Part shown: piece by piece, positions 56,528 to 64,000 of the stretch | Numbering within the stretch: the stretch's first letter is position 1 | Layout of the letters: each line of letters begins with the position of its first letter | DNA from: an uncultured bacterium | Lineage (GTDB): Bacteria > Krumholzibacteriota > Krumholzibacteriia > LZORAL124-64-63 | NCBI GenBank assembly: GCA_963732385.1 | Contig: CAVSZB010000002.1 | Span: forward strand, 1 to 64,000 | Direction of reading: 5' to 3' | DNA length: 64,000 nucleotides | Program-made: the position numbers and the translations under genes | Notes under the pieces: model-generated | What the model was told of the DNA's origin: nothing | Databases searched by the model: none | The model's input: only the letters and a program-made list of their open reading frames with translations

Positions 56528-57244
56528 ATGAAAAAACACAAATTCCTGAGCTACGAGTGGGACGCGATCGCCGGCGTGCTGGCAGCCGTGATCGCCATCA
56601 TCCTGCACCTGCTGCATATCGTCGACGAAGCGGTGGTGCTGCCGATCCTGCTGGCCTTGCTCGGCCTGCTGTTCATCAACTTCATGCGCCATACGCGCAG
56701 CAACGAGCTGACGGCCGAGCGCGTCGAGCAGATCGGCCAGTCGCTCGCACACCTGGAGTCCGGCATCCAGCCTCCGGAAGTGCTGCTCATCGGCCCCCGG
56801 CGCCTGCGGACCGCCAACGAGCGCTTCCTTGCCGAGATGCAGGGCGAGACGATCTGGTACAACGTGTGCCTGTCGATGTACGCACCGGCCCTGCTGTTCG
56901 ATGCGCTGCTGCGGCCGGCGATCGAAAATCCGCAGGTCACCTCGATCCGGTTCGTGCTTGACGAGAGCCAGCGGCAGGCCTGGGAACAGCAGGTCCGGCC
57001 GCAGATCGATACCTGCATCAGCCGCGCCAAGGTCGCTGAACCGTGCTGGCAGGCGCTCGAGCGGAATGTTTCCTTCATCCTCGCCGACAGCCGGCACAGC
57101 GGGCGTGCCGAGGCGTTGCTGAGCTTCTGGGGCGAACCGTTCATGGCGCAGTCCACCGATCGCAACCTGCCGCGCTACATGTTCCACGTTCAGCCGCACT
57201 CGGAACTGCTTCCGCACCTGGTCGAACTGCAGCGCCGTCGCTGA
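56528..57244 (+). CDS. Hypothetical membrane protein (two N-terminal TM helices + soluble alpha/beta domain)
   Basis: 238-aa ORF with strong coding bias; hydrophobic residues about 13-55. Confidence 0.75.
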   Translation: MKKHKFLSYEWDAIAGVLAAVIAIILHLLHIVDEAVVLPILLALLGLLFINFMRHTRSNELTAERVEQIGQSLAHLESGIQPPEVLLIGPRRLRTANERFLAEMQGETIWYNVCLSMYAPALLFDALLRPAIENPQVTSIRFVLDESQRQAWEQQVRPQIDTCISRAKVAEPCWQALERNVSFILADSRHSGRAEALLSFWGEPFMAQSTDRNLPRYMFHVQPHSELLPHLVELQRRR

Positions 57245-57351
57245 CGGGAACAGGCCGGCCTGACTTTCCGTGCAAGTACAGGATTTTCGCCGATTTTGCT
57301 CCGTGGCGGCGATGGCTATGATTTCGTCATGATCATTGCCGAGCCTGACAC

Positions 57352-57392
57352 TTGACCAACTCCGGGACCCCATACATCATGGACATACATCA
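57352..57392 (+). promoter_or_regulatory. Putative promoter and direct-repeat operator of the RHH-VapC pair
   Basis: TTGACC-17 bp-CATCAT; CATACATCA repeated at 57371-57379 and 57384-57392. Confidence 0.55.
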
Positions 57393-57405
57393 GCAGACGT
57401 TGGCC

Positions 57406-57654
57406 ATGGTCAGAACCCAGATTTACCTCACCGAAAGCGAGCAGGCAGCCCTGCGCATGCTGGCCCGTCGCACCGGGCGCAGCCAGAGCGAACTGATCCG
57501 CGATGCCGTCGACCGGTTTATCGAGCAGGCACTGCCGGGCGATCGTGCGCGGGCACTGGAAGAGGCAGCGGGTTTGTGGCGCGATGCATCGGGCCGGCCG
57601 GCATTCGGCGCGCTGCGCAAGGAAGCCGACCGCATTCCGTCGCGCAGGCGCTGA
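57406..57654 (+). CDS. CopG/ribbon-helix-helix antitoxin
   Basis: MVRTQIYLTESE..L..LARRTGRSQSELIRDAVDRFI; AAGLWRD. Confidence 0.88.
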   Translation: MVRTQIYLTESEQAALRMLARRTGRSQSELIRDAVDRFIEQALPGDRARALEEAAGLWRDASGRPAFGALRKEADRIPSRRR

Positions 57655-57660
57655 CACCTG

Positions 57661-58044
57661 ATGGCCGGCCCCCTGCTGATCGATACGGATGTCCTGATCG
57701 ACTACCTGCGCGGGCAGGCCGGCGCCGTTGCCTTTCTGAGGAAGACGAAACGAGCATTGCGCGTGTCGTCCGCCACCGTCGCAGAACTGTACGTCGGCGT
57801 GCGCGAAGGCACCGAGGAAGAAGTGCTGGAACGCTTCCTGGGATTGCTGGAAATCGTCGAGATCACATCCGGAATTGCACGACGTGCGGGCCTGTGGCGC
57901 AGGGATTTCGGCAAGAGCCATGGCACTGGACTCATGGATGCCCTGATCGCTGCCAGCGCCGAGTCAAGCGGCAGCACACTCGTCACGCTCAACGACAAGC
58001 ACTACCCCATGCTCGAGTCTGTGCTGGTCCCTTACCGAAAGTAG
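57661..58044 (+). CDS. vapC: VapC-family PIN toxin
   Basis: LIDTDVLIDYLRG, VAELYVG, DALIAASA, LVTLNDKHYP. Confidence 0.92.
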   Translation: MAGPLLIDTDVLIDYLRGQAGAVAFLRKTKRALRVSSATVAELYVGVREGTEEEVLERFLGLLEIVEITSGIARRAGLWRRDFGKSHGTGLMDALIAASAESSGSTLVTLNDKHYPMLESVLVPYRK

Positions 58045-58082
58045 GGCCGGCGAGGCAGCAGCGGCAATCCCGTACACCAGGA

Positions 58083-59831
58083 TCAGGGCCGCGTGTAGAT
58101 CGTCCTGCCGTCCTTGATCGTCTCCACCACCTTGATGTCCTTGATGGCCATGGGCTCGACCTTGAGGGGGTTCTGGTCGAGGATCACGAGATCGGCACGT
58201 TTGCCCGCCTCGAGCGAGCCCTTGGAGGCCTGCTCCCCATACTGCTCGGCGGCCCAGATCGTCATGGACTTCAGGCCCTCCATGGGCGTGACCCGCTGGT
58301 CGGGGCCAATCTCGGCGCCGGCACGCGAGATCCGGTTGACGGCCGACCAGAGCATGAACATCTGGTCGAGCGGCGCGACCACGAAGTCCGTGTGGTTGGT
58401 CGGGTGGAGCCCCGCGTCGATCGCGTCGCGCATCGGGCTGATGTACATCGCCTGCTCCCGACCGCGCTGGGCGATGTGCGCCTCGGCGAAATAGTAGGTG
58501 TGCAGGGTGTAGAACGACGGTCGCATCCTGTACTGGACGTACTTCGGAATGTGATCCTTCCGCGTGAACTGCGCATGGATGATGGTGACGTTCCGGTCCT
58601 TCGTCAGCTCATCGGCAGCCGCGAACTCATGGGCCTTGATCAGCGCGTCGATGGCACCGTCGCCGTTGGCATGGAAAGTCACCGGGACGCCGAGGTCATA
58701 GACGGCCTTCAGCCCCTTGTTGATGACCTCCTGCGGGGCGGTCAACTCGCCCCGCCAGTTCTCCTCGCCGCCGGGGCCGCCGGTGAGATAGGGCGTGGTG
58801 AAGAAAGCGGTCCTGCCCTGGGGCGAACCGTCGATGGTGATCTTCACGCCCCCGATCTTGAAGCCCTTGTTGTACTTGCCCCAGGTCGCAACGGGCGCCT
58901 CTTTCAGGACCTTTTCCAGATCGGTAATGAACGGGAATGCCACCACGTCGATGATGTTGGCGCCGGCCTCGGTGGCGCGCTGCATGGTCTGGAACGGCGC
59001 GATGTGCGTGGCCCCTTCGTGGGCCGTCGTCACGCCGGCCTCGGCGTACAGCATCTGGCCGGCCCGGCTCCACTCGATCTCCTGCGCCGGGGTCATCGGC
59101 TCCGACTTGCCGAACACGGGCAGGAAGGCGGTTTCCATGATCAGCCCGTAGGGCTCGTTGGTGCCCGGCTTGCGCACGATCACGCCGCCCGGTGGCGTCG
59201 CGGTGGCGGCGCTGATGCCGTAGTACTCCTGGGCACGGCTGTTCAGCACACCCCCGTGCATGGAGACATGGTCGACACGCACCGGATTGTCCGGAAAGGC
59301 CTTGTCGAGGTCGTCGCGGTTCAAATGACGCCCGCCCGGCATGACGGTTTCGTCGTAGCCGTAGGCCATGATCATCTGGCCCCTGGGAATCCTGCGTTCC
59401 GCCGCGAAGGCCTGCAGCGCGGCGATGATGCTGTCGACGTCCTTGCCAGGGCCGGCAGGCGGCGCATACAGCTTCGCCTGGTTGGCCACCAGCAACGAGT
59501 TGATGTAGTGACCGTGGGCGTCGATGAATCCCGGCAGCAGGGTCTTGCCGCCAAGATCGACCCTGCGCGTGGCGGCCCCCTTGTGGGCCTTTTCGATATC
59601 CGCCCGTGGCCCCACGGCGAGGATCCGGCCATCCTTGACGGCCAGCGCCTCCACACCCGGCTGGGCATCATTGACCGTCACGATGTCGCCACCGGCGTAA
59701 ATGGTGTCGGCGGCCGTGACGGTTTCGGGGCCGGCTGCCGCCGGCGCGGGGGCCCCGGTTTTGCGGCCGCAGCCGGCCAGCGCGAGTCCCGCAACAACCA
59801 CCATCGTCGCCGCCTGGAAACTGGTTCGCAT
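58083..59831 (-). CDS. Amidohydrolase-3 (YtcJ-like) lipoprotein
   Basis: Lipobox LAGC; DLGGKTLLPGFIDAHGH, KITIDGSPQGRTA, HANGD, KGSLEAGKRADLVILD. Confidence 0.9.
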   Translation of the reverse strand: MRTSFQAATMVVVAGLALAGCGRKTGAPAPAAAGPETVTAADTIYAGGDIVTVNDAQPGVEALAVKDGRILAVGPRADIEKAHKGAATRRVDLGGKTLLPGFIDAHGHYINSLLVANQAKLYAPPAGPGKDVDSIIAALQAFAAERRIPRGQMIMAYGYDETVMPGGRHLNRDDLDKAFPDNPVRVDHVSMHGGVLNSRAQEYYGISAATATPPGGVIVRKPGTNEPYGLIMETAFLPVFGKSEPMTPAQEIEWSRAGQMLYAEAGVTTAHEGATHIAPFQTMQRATEAGANIIDVVAFPFITDLEKVLKEAPVATWGKYNKGFKIGGVKITIDGSPQGRTAFFTTPYLTGGPGGEENWRGELTAPQEVINKGLKAVYDLGVPVTFHANGDGAIDALIKAHEFAAADELTKDRNVTIIHAQFTRKDHIPKYVQYRMRPSFYTLHTYYFAEAHIAQRGREQAMYISPMRDAIDAGLHPTNHTDFVVAPLDQMFMLWSAVNRISRAGAEIGPDQRVTPMEGLKSMTIWAAEQYGEQASKGSLEAGKRADLVILDQNPLKVEPMAIKDIKVVETIKDGRTIYTRP

Positions 59832-59901
59832 GTCGCCCTCCAATCAGAAACGGCCGCTGCAACCCGCTACGACCTGAAGTTTGCCCTGCCCCCTGAGCGC
59901 T

Positions 59902-60774
59902 TCAGAGGCTCTCGTAGGGAACGTCGAATGTGTCCCCATCGTCGATCCGGCCACTCTGCAGGCCGCTATTGAACCAGCGCATGCGCTGTGCCGACGTGCC
60001 GTGCGTAAACGCGTGCGGAGTCACCTGGCCCTGGGTGCGGGACTGGATCGCGTCATCGCCAATCTGGTTGGCAGCACGCATTGCTTCCTCGATGTCGCCA
60101 CGGTCCAGGTAGCGCTGGTTGTGCTTCGCCCAGACACCTGCCAGGTAGTCTGCCTGCAGTTCGAGCCGCACTGAATACTGGTTGAAATCCGGCCGGCCAC
60201 GCATGGCCGCCACCTGATCCGATATGCCGAGAAGTTTCTGCACGTGGTGCCCGACCTCGTGCGCGATGACGTAGGCCTGCGCAAAGTCACCCGGCGCATC
60301 AAACTCCTGCTCAAGCGCGGTATAGAAGCCCAGGTCGATGTAGATTTTCTGATCCGCCGGACAATAGAAGGGGCCCATGCGTGCGTCGCCGATGCCGCAG
60401 GCCGTCGGATACTGCCCGCGAAAAACCGTCAGTTCCGGCGGCTTGTACTGCCGTCCGAGTCGCTGAAACTCGTCGGACCAGATGTCCTCGGTGCTGGCGA
60501 GCACCACGCTGACGAAGTTGAACTGCGCCTGCTCCTCCGCGGACGGCTGATACTCCACTTCCCTCAGCTGGCCGCCTCCCATGAGCGCCGCCGGATCCAG
60601 CAGGCCGAGTTGCCAGCCGAGCAGGCCGAGACCGGCCACCACCAGAAGGCCCTTGATGCCCCATCGCTGCCCGACGAAACGCACCAGAAGGCCGAGCGCC
60701 CCGGCCCCCGCAACCATCTTGCGACCGCGGGCATCTTCGACGTTGGTGCTTTGCCTGCGGCCTTTCGTTTCCAT
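59902..60774 (-). CDS. ypfJ: Neutral zinc metallopeptidase (YpfJ family)
   Basis: GRRQSTNVEDAR, GPFYCPAD, AYVIAHEVGHHVQ (HExxH), ELQAD, FTHGTSAQR. Confidence 0.9.
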   Translation of the reverse strand: METKGRRQSTNVEDARGRKMVAGAGALGLLVRFVGQRWGIKGLLVVAGLGLLGWQLGLLDPAALMGGGQLREVEYQPSAEEQAQFNFVSVVLASTEDIWSDEFQRLGRQYKPPELTVFRGQYPTACGIGDARMGPFYCPADQKIYIDLGFYTALEQEFDAPGDFAQAYVIAHEVGHHVQKLLGISDQVAAMRGRPDFNQYSVRLELQADYLAGVWAKHNQRYLDRGDIEEAMRAANQIGDDAIQSRTQGQVTPHAFTHGTSAQRMRWFNSGLQSGRIDDGDTFDVPYESL

Positions 60775-60874
60775 TGGGATTGATGTCCTCACGTGGGAGA
60801 CCATGCCGGGCTGATCTCATCCTAGAACTTCGCTGGTCAGGGCGCAAAAGTACCGGCCTGGATCCAGGCCACCC

Positions 60875-62095
60875 CTACTCCTCTTCCGGCTTCAGCGCCT
60901 TGAAGCTGCGATAGAGCGCCAGGTCGTAGATGATCTTCAGGCCGCCGGCGAGCAGGAACGGCGCGTGCATCGACAGGGCCAGCAGGCCACCGCTGAGCGC
61001 GGGCGACAGCGCAGCCCCCAGCGAACGCGCGATCGTCGTTACCCCTGACGCCGCCGAGCGTTCGTCCGGATCGACCACCGCCATGGTGTAGGACTGGCGC
61101 GTCGGCACGTCCATCTGCGAGATCGTGAAGCGCACCAGCAACACGGCCAGCGCCGACGGCAGGCTCGGCATGAAGGGCACCAGGCACAGCAGGATGTTCG
61201 AGGGCAGGTGCGTGAAGACCATCGTGTTGATCAGGCCAAAGCGCGCTGCCAGCCGGCTCGCCAGCAGCGCGGAAGCACCTGCCAGCAGGTTCGCCACGAA
61301 AAACACGCTGCCGAGCACGGCCTCGCTGATGCCGAAGCGCAGATAAAACCAGTAGGCCAGCAGGCTCTGGATCACGAAACCGCCGGCAAAAGCATCGACG
61401 GCAAACAGCGCACTGAGCCGCGCGACCACACCGCGCGAACGGTGCAGGCCCAGCCGTCGTTGCGGCACATCCGGCAACTGCTGGAGTTCAACCCGTGCCG
61501 AGAGACGCAGGAACAGCAGCACCAGCACACCGCCGAGCAGCGCGTAAGTCGCCAGCACGCCCTGGTAGGCGGCCAGTGCGCTCAAGCCCGCATCCTGCAG
61601 ACCGAAGGCCAGCCAGCCGCCGGCCAGCGAACCGCATGCCGTCGCCAGCGATCCCGCCAGGTGATACCAGGCAAACAGCCGCGTGCGGTTCTGGCCCGGC
61701 ACCAGCCCGGTCAGCGCCGCCTGCTCGACAGACAGAAACGGACCGATCTCGTAGCCGCTCGGACTGATCACACCGATGATCGCCGCCAGCGCCAGCAGCA
61801 GCGGCTGATCGGTGAGCACGAAGACCGTGCCCGCCAGCACCATCAGCCCGGCACCCAGCAGCAGTGTGCGGCGTCGGCCAAAGCGGTCGGCGATGGTGGT
61901 CAGCCAGAGCGTGATCGCCGCATCACCCAACAGCGTGGCCGACAGCAGCAGACCGATGCCCCAGTCGCTGAGTCCGCGCGCGGCGAGATAGAGCGCCAGC
62001 ACCACCGACACGAAACCATAGGCGAACAACCGGACGATCCGCGCAGCAAACAGCAACCGGACATCGCCGGACAGGATCGGCAGTCCGGCAGTCAT
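60875..62095 (-). CDS. MFS transporter
   Basis: ADRFGRRRTL motif A; about 12 TM; SQMDVPTRQSY, LKIIYDL. Confidence 0.9.
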   Translation of the reverse strand: MTAGLPILSGDVRLLFAARIVRLFAYGFVSVVLALYLAARGLSDWGIGLLLSATLLGDAAITLWLTTIADRFGRRRTLLLGAGLMVLAGTVFVLTDQPLLLALAAIIGVISPSGYEIGPFLSVEQAALTGLVPGQNRTRLFAWYHLAGSLATACGSLAGGWLAFGLQDAGLSALAAYQGVLATYALLGGVLVLLFLRLSARVELQQLPDVPQRRLGLHRSRGVVARLSALFAVDAFAGGFVIQSLLAYWFYLRFGISEAVLGSVFFVANLLAGASALLASRLAARFGLINTMVFTHLPSNILLCLVPFMPSLPSALAVLLVRFTISQMDVPTRQSYTMAVVDPDERSAASGVTTIARSLGAALSPALSGGLLALSMHAPFLLAGGLKIIYDLALYRSFKALKPEEE

Positions 62096-63058
62096 TCAGG
62101 GTTCCGGAATGGTCCAGAGGTCGCGGGAACGCGGCAGTCGGGTGAGCCAGCGGTCGAACAGCCTGGCGCGCAGCGCCGACCACGCACCGATCACCAGTTC
62201 GCCGAGTTTGCGCGGCGTGCTGACCACGACGCGACGATCCCAGGCCTGCGGTCCGCGCTGCAACACCAGCCGGCCGATCGCCCGGTAGATGCCGAGCGCA
62301 GCAGACACCGCCCAGGCCGACCTGAATGGCAAGGCCTGCAGGCCGCAATCAGCGGACTGGTAGTAGCGCTCGGCCTGCTCCAGCAGGCGGGCGGTGACGC
62401 GGGCAACGGCGGCACGATTGGCCGGCTCCACCAGTGTCGCGGCCGACAGGCCGACCTCGGCAAGCCATGTGGCTGGGAGGTAGCAACGCCCGTTGCCGGC
62501 GTCATCGAGTACATCGCGGGCGATGTTGGTCAACTGGAAGGCGATGCCCAGATCTGCAGCACGCTGCAAGGTGGGCACATCGCGTGCGCCCATGATCTGC
62601 GCCATCATCACGCCGACTACACCGGCAACCCGATAGCAGTAGAGCAGCGTGTCGTCGAAGCTGCGATAGACGTGGTTGCGGACGTCCATCTCGAATCCGG
62701 CCAGCAGCTCCAGCGCATGCCGCTCGGGGATTCCGCACTCCCGGCTCACCCGCTGCAGACCGATGAAGACCGGCTCGCTGAGACTCTCGCCGGCAAAGGC
62801 CCGGTGGGTCTCGTTGCGCAGCCTCTCAAGCCTGGCGGCCGGACTGTCTGCCGAGCCCTGCTCTTCGCGCACCGGCTGCGCCCGGCCGGGCTGCATGCCG
62901 AGATTCTGCCCGTCGATCTGGTCGTCGCAATGGCGGCACCAGGCATAGAGCATCCAGGCATGGTGGCGCGTATCGGCGTCGAAGAGCTTCGCCGCAAGCG
63001 CGAAGCTGCGCGAACCGAGCCGGATCATTTCCCTGCTGTTGGCGACGACTGCGTCCAT
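62096..63058 (-). CDS. crtB: Phytoene synthase
   Basis: GSRSFALAAKLF, YAWCRHCDDQID, YCYRVAGVVG, LGIAFQLTNIARDVLDD, GRCYLP. Confidence 0.95.
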   Translation of the reverse strand: MDAVVANSREMIRLGSRSFALAAKLFDADTRHHAWMLYAWCRHCDDQIDGQNLGMQPGRAQPVREEQGSADSPAARLERLRNETHRAFAGESLSEPVFIGLQRVSRECGIPERHALELLAGFEMDVRNHVYRSFDDTLLYCYRVAGVVGVMMAQIMGARDVPTLQRAADLGIAFQLTNIARDVLDDAGNGRCYLPATWLAEVGLSAATLVEPANRAAVARVTARLLEQAERYYQSADCGLQALPFRSAWAVSAALGIYRAIGRLVLQRGPQAWDRRVVVSTPRKLGELVIGAWSALRARLFDRWLTRLPRSRDLWTIPEP

Positions 63059-63059
63059 G

Positions 63060-64000
63060 TCAGCGCACTCCCAGATCAGCGAGCATCAGTCCTGCCGTCG
63101 CTTTCGCCGAGCCCACCACACCGGGAATACCGGCGCCCGGATGCGTGCCGGCACCGACGAAATAGAGGTTGCCGATCCGGTCATCGCGATTGTGCACGCG
63201 AAACCAGGCACTCTGCGTGAGCACCGGTTCAAGCGAGAAGGCCGAACCCAGGTGGGCGTTGAGCTCGCTGTGGAAATCCGCCGGCGTGAAGATCCGCGAC
63301 GTCACCAGGTTCTCGCGCAGGCCGGGCATCAACTGCTTCTCGAGTGCCGCCAGGATCCGGTCACGGTAGACGGGACCCATCGTGCTCCAGTCGATCGCCG
63401 CCTTGCCGAGGTTCGGCACCGGCGCCAGCGCATAGAAACCAGCCTGTCCCGGCGGTGCAAGCGAGGGATCGGTGACCGACGGATTGTGCAGGTACAGGGA
63501 GAAGTCGTCGGCCAGCACGCCACGCTCGAAGATATCTGCCAGCAATTCACGATAGCGCGGACCGAACAGCACCGTGTGGTGGGCGAGCTGCGGATACTGC
63601 CGCTTCAGGCCAAAGTGCACGACAAACAGTGAACTGCTGTAGCGGCCGCGCTTCAGCCGGGCGGCCATGGCACGACCGCGATCGGTACCCGCCAGCAGGC
63701 GCGCGTAGGTATGCACCACATCCGCGTTGCTGGCAACGGCATCGGCCATCAGGCTGCTTCCTCCGGACAAGGCCACCCCGGTCACGACACCGTGGCTGAC
63801 CTGTATCTCTTCGACCGGGCAGTTCAGGCGGATTTCACCGCCCAGGTCCTGGAACAGCCGGGCCAGCGCCGCGACCAGCGCGCCGGTGCCACCGCGCGGA
63901 AAGAACACACCCCAGCGGCGCTCCAGCGCATGGATCAGCGCGTAGATCGACGGCACATGAAAGGGATTGCCACCGATCAGCAGCGAATGAAAACTGAAGG
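63060..64000 (-). CDS. crtI: Phytoene desaturase (5' part outside window)
   Basis: FSFHSLLIGGNPF, IYALIHALERRWGVFFPRGGTGAL, SNAD, QSAWFR.HNRD, VGAGTHPGAGIPGVVGSAKATA. Confidence 0.95.
   Translation of the reverse strand, partial: FSFHSLLIGGNPFHVPSIYALIHALERRWGVFFPRGGTGALVAALARLFQDLGGEIRLNCPVEEIQVSHGVVTGVALSGGSSLMADAVASNADVVHTYARLLAGTDRGRAMAARLKRGRYSSSLFVVHFGLKRQYPQLAHHTVLFGPRYRELLADIFERGVLADDFSLYLHNPSVTDPSLAPPGQAGFYALAPVPNLGKAAIDWSTMGPVYRDRILAALEKQLMPGLRENLVTSRIFTPADFHSELNAHLGSAFSLEPVLTQSAWFRVHNRDDRIGNLYFVGAGTHPGAGIPGVVGSAKATAGLMLADLGVR

Noticed and set aside
57300..57350. Fluoride riboswitch (GGCGATGG start)
   Set aside because: The rest of the consensus pairing is absent and the downstream genes are a TA pair
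54303..58082. Integron cassette array
   Set aside because: Genes are in mixed orientation and I could not find repeated RYYYAAC...GTTRRRY attC pairs or an integrase; only an isolated GTTAAAT near 54308

Overview
High-GC bacterial DNA, most consistent with a Gammaproteobacterium (OprM/RND pump, TonB-dependent receptor, VPLPA-CTERM protein, GTAG-family REP repeats). No rRNA, tRNA, CRISPR array, integrase or transposase was seen. (1) 1-26.5 kb: amino-acid deamidation/decarboxylation and ion-homeostasis island (glutaminase, large Orn/Lys/Arg-family decarboxylase, aspT-aspD-asparaginase, AI-2E transporter, K+ channel, RND pump, Ca2+/H+ antiporter, VIT, MarC, second AspT-like antiporter, DUF3313, amidohydrolase, MscS). 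The left end has many frameshifts that look like sequencing errors. (2) 26.6-33.7 kb: a lipoprotein cassette between 21-bp direct repeats, an aldehyde dehydrogenase, a DUF1838 protein and a TonB receptor. (3) 34-45 kb: a tightly coupled 9-gene minus-strand operon. It encodes two lipoproteins, a membrane Ser/Thr kinase, an FHA-PEGA-FGE protein, a small exported protein, a MotA/TolQ/ExbB channel, a degenerate Hsp70-fold+FHA protein, and two ExbD/MotB-like TM-Asp+vWA proteins. This is the best candidate for an uncharacterised proton-motive-force-driven, phosphorylation-linked envelope machine. (4) 45-54 kb: acyl-CoA enzymes, an HMG-CoA reductase-mevalonate kinase fusion with idi, an SDR and an ABC exporter. 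(5) 54-58 kb: three type II toxin-antitoxin pairs with visible operators. (6) 58-64 kb: amidohydrolase, zinc peptidase, MFS, crtB and partial crtI. All family assignments come from motif recognition by eye, not from database searches.
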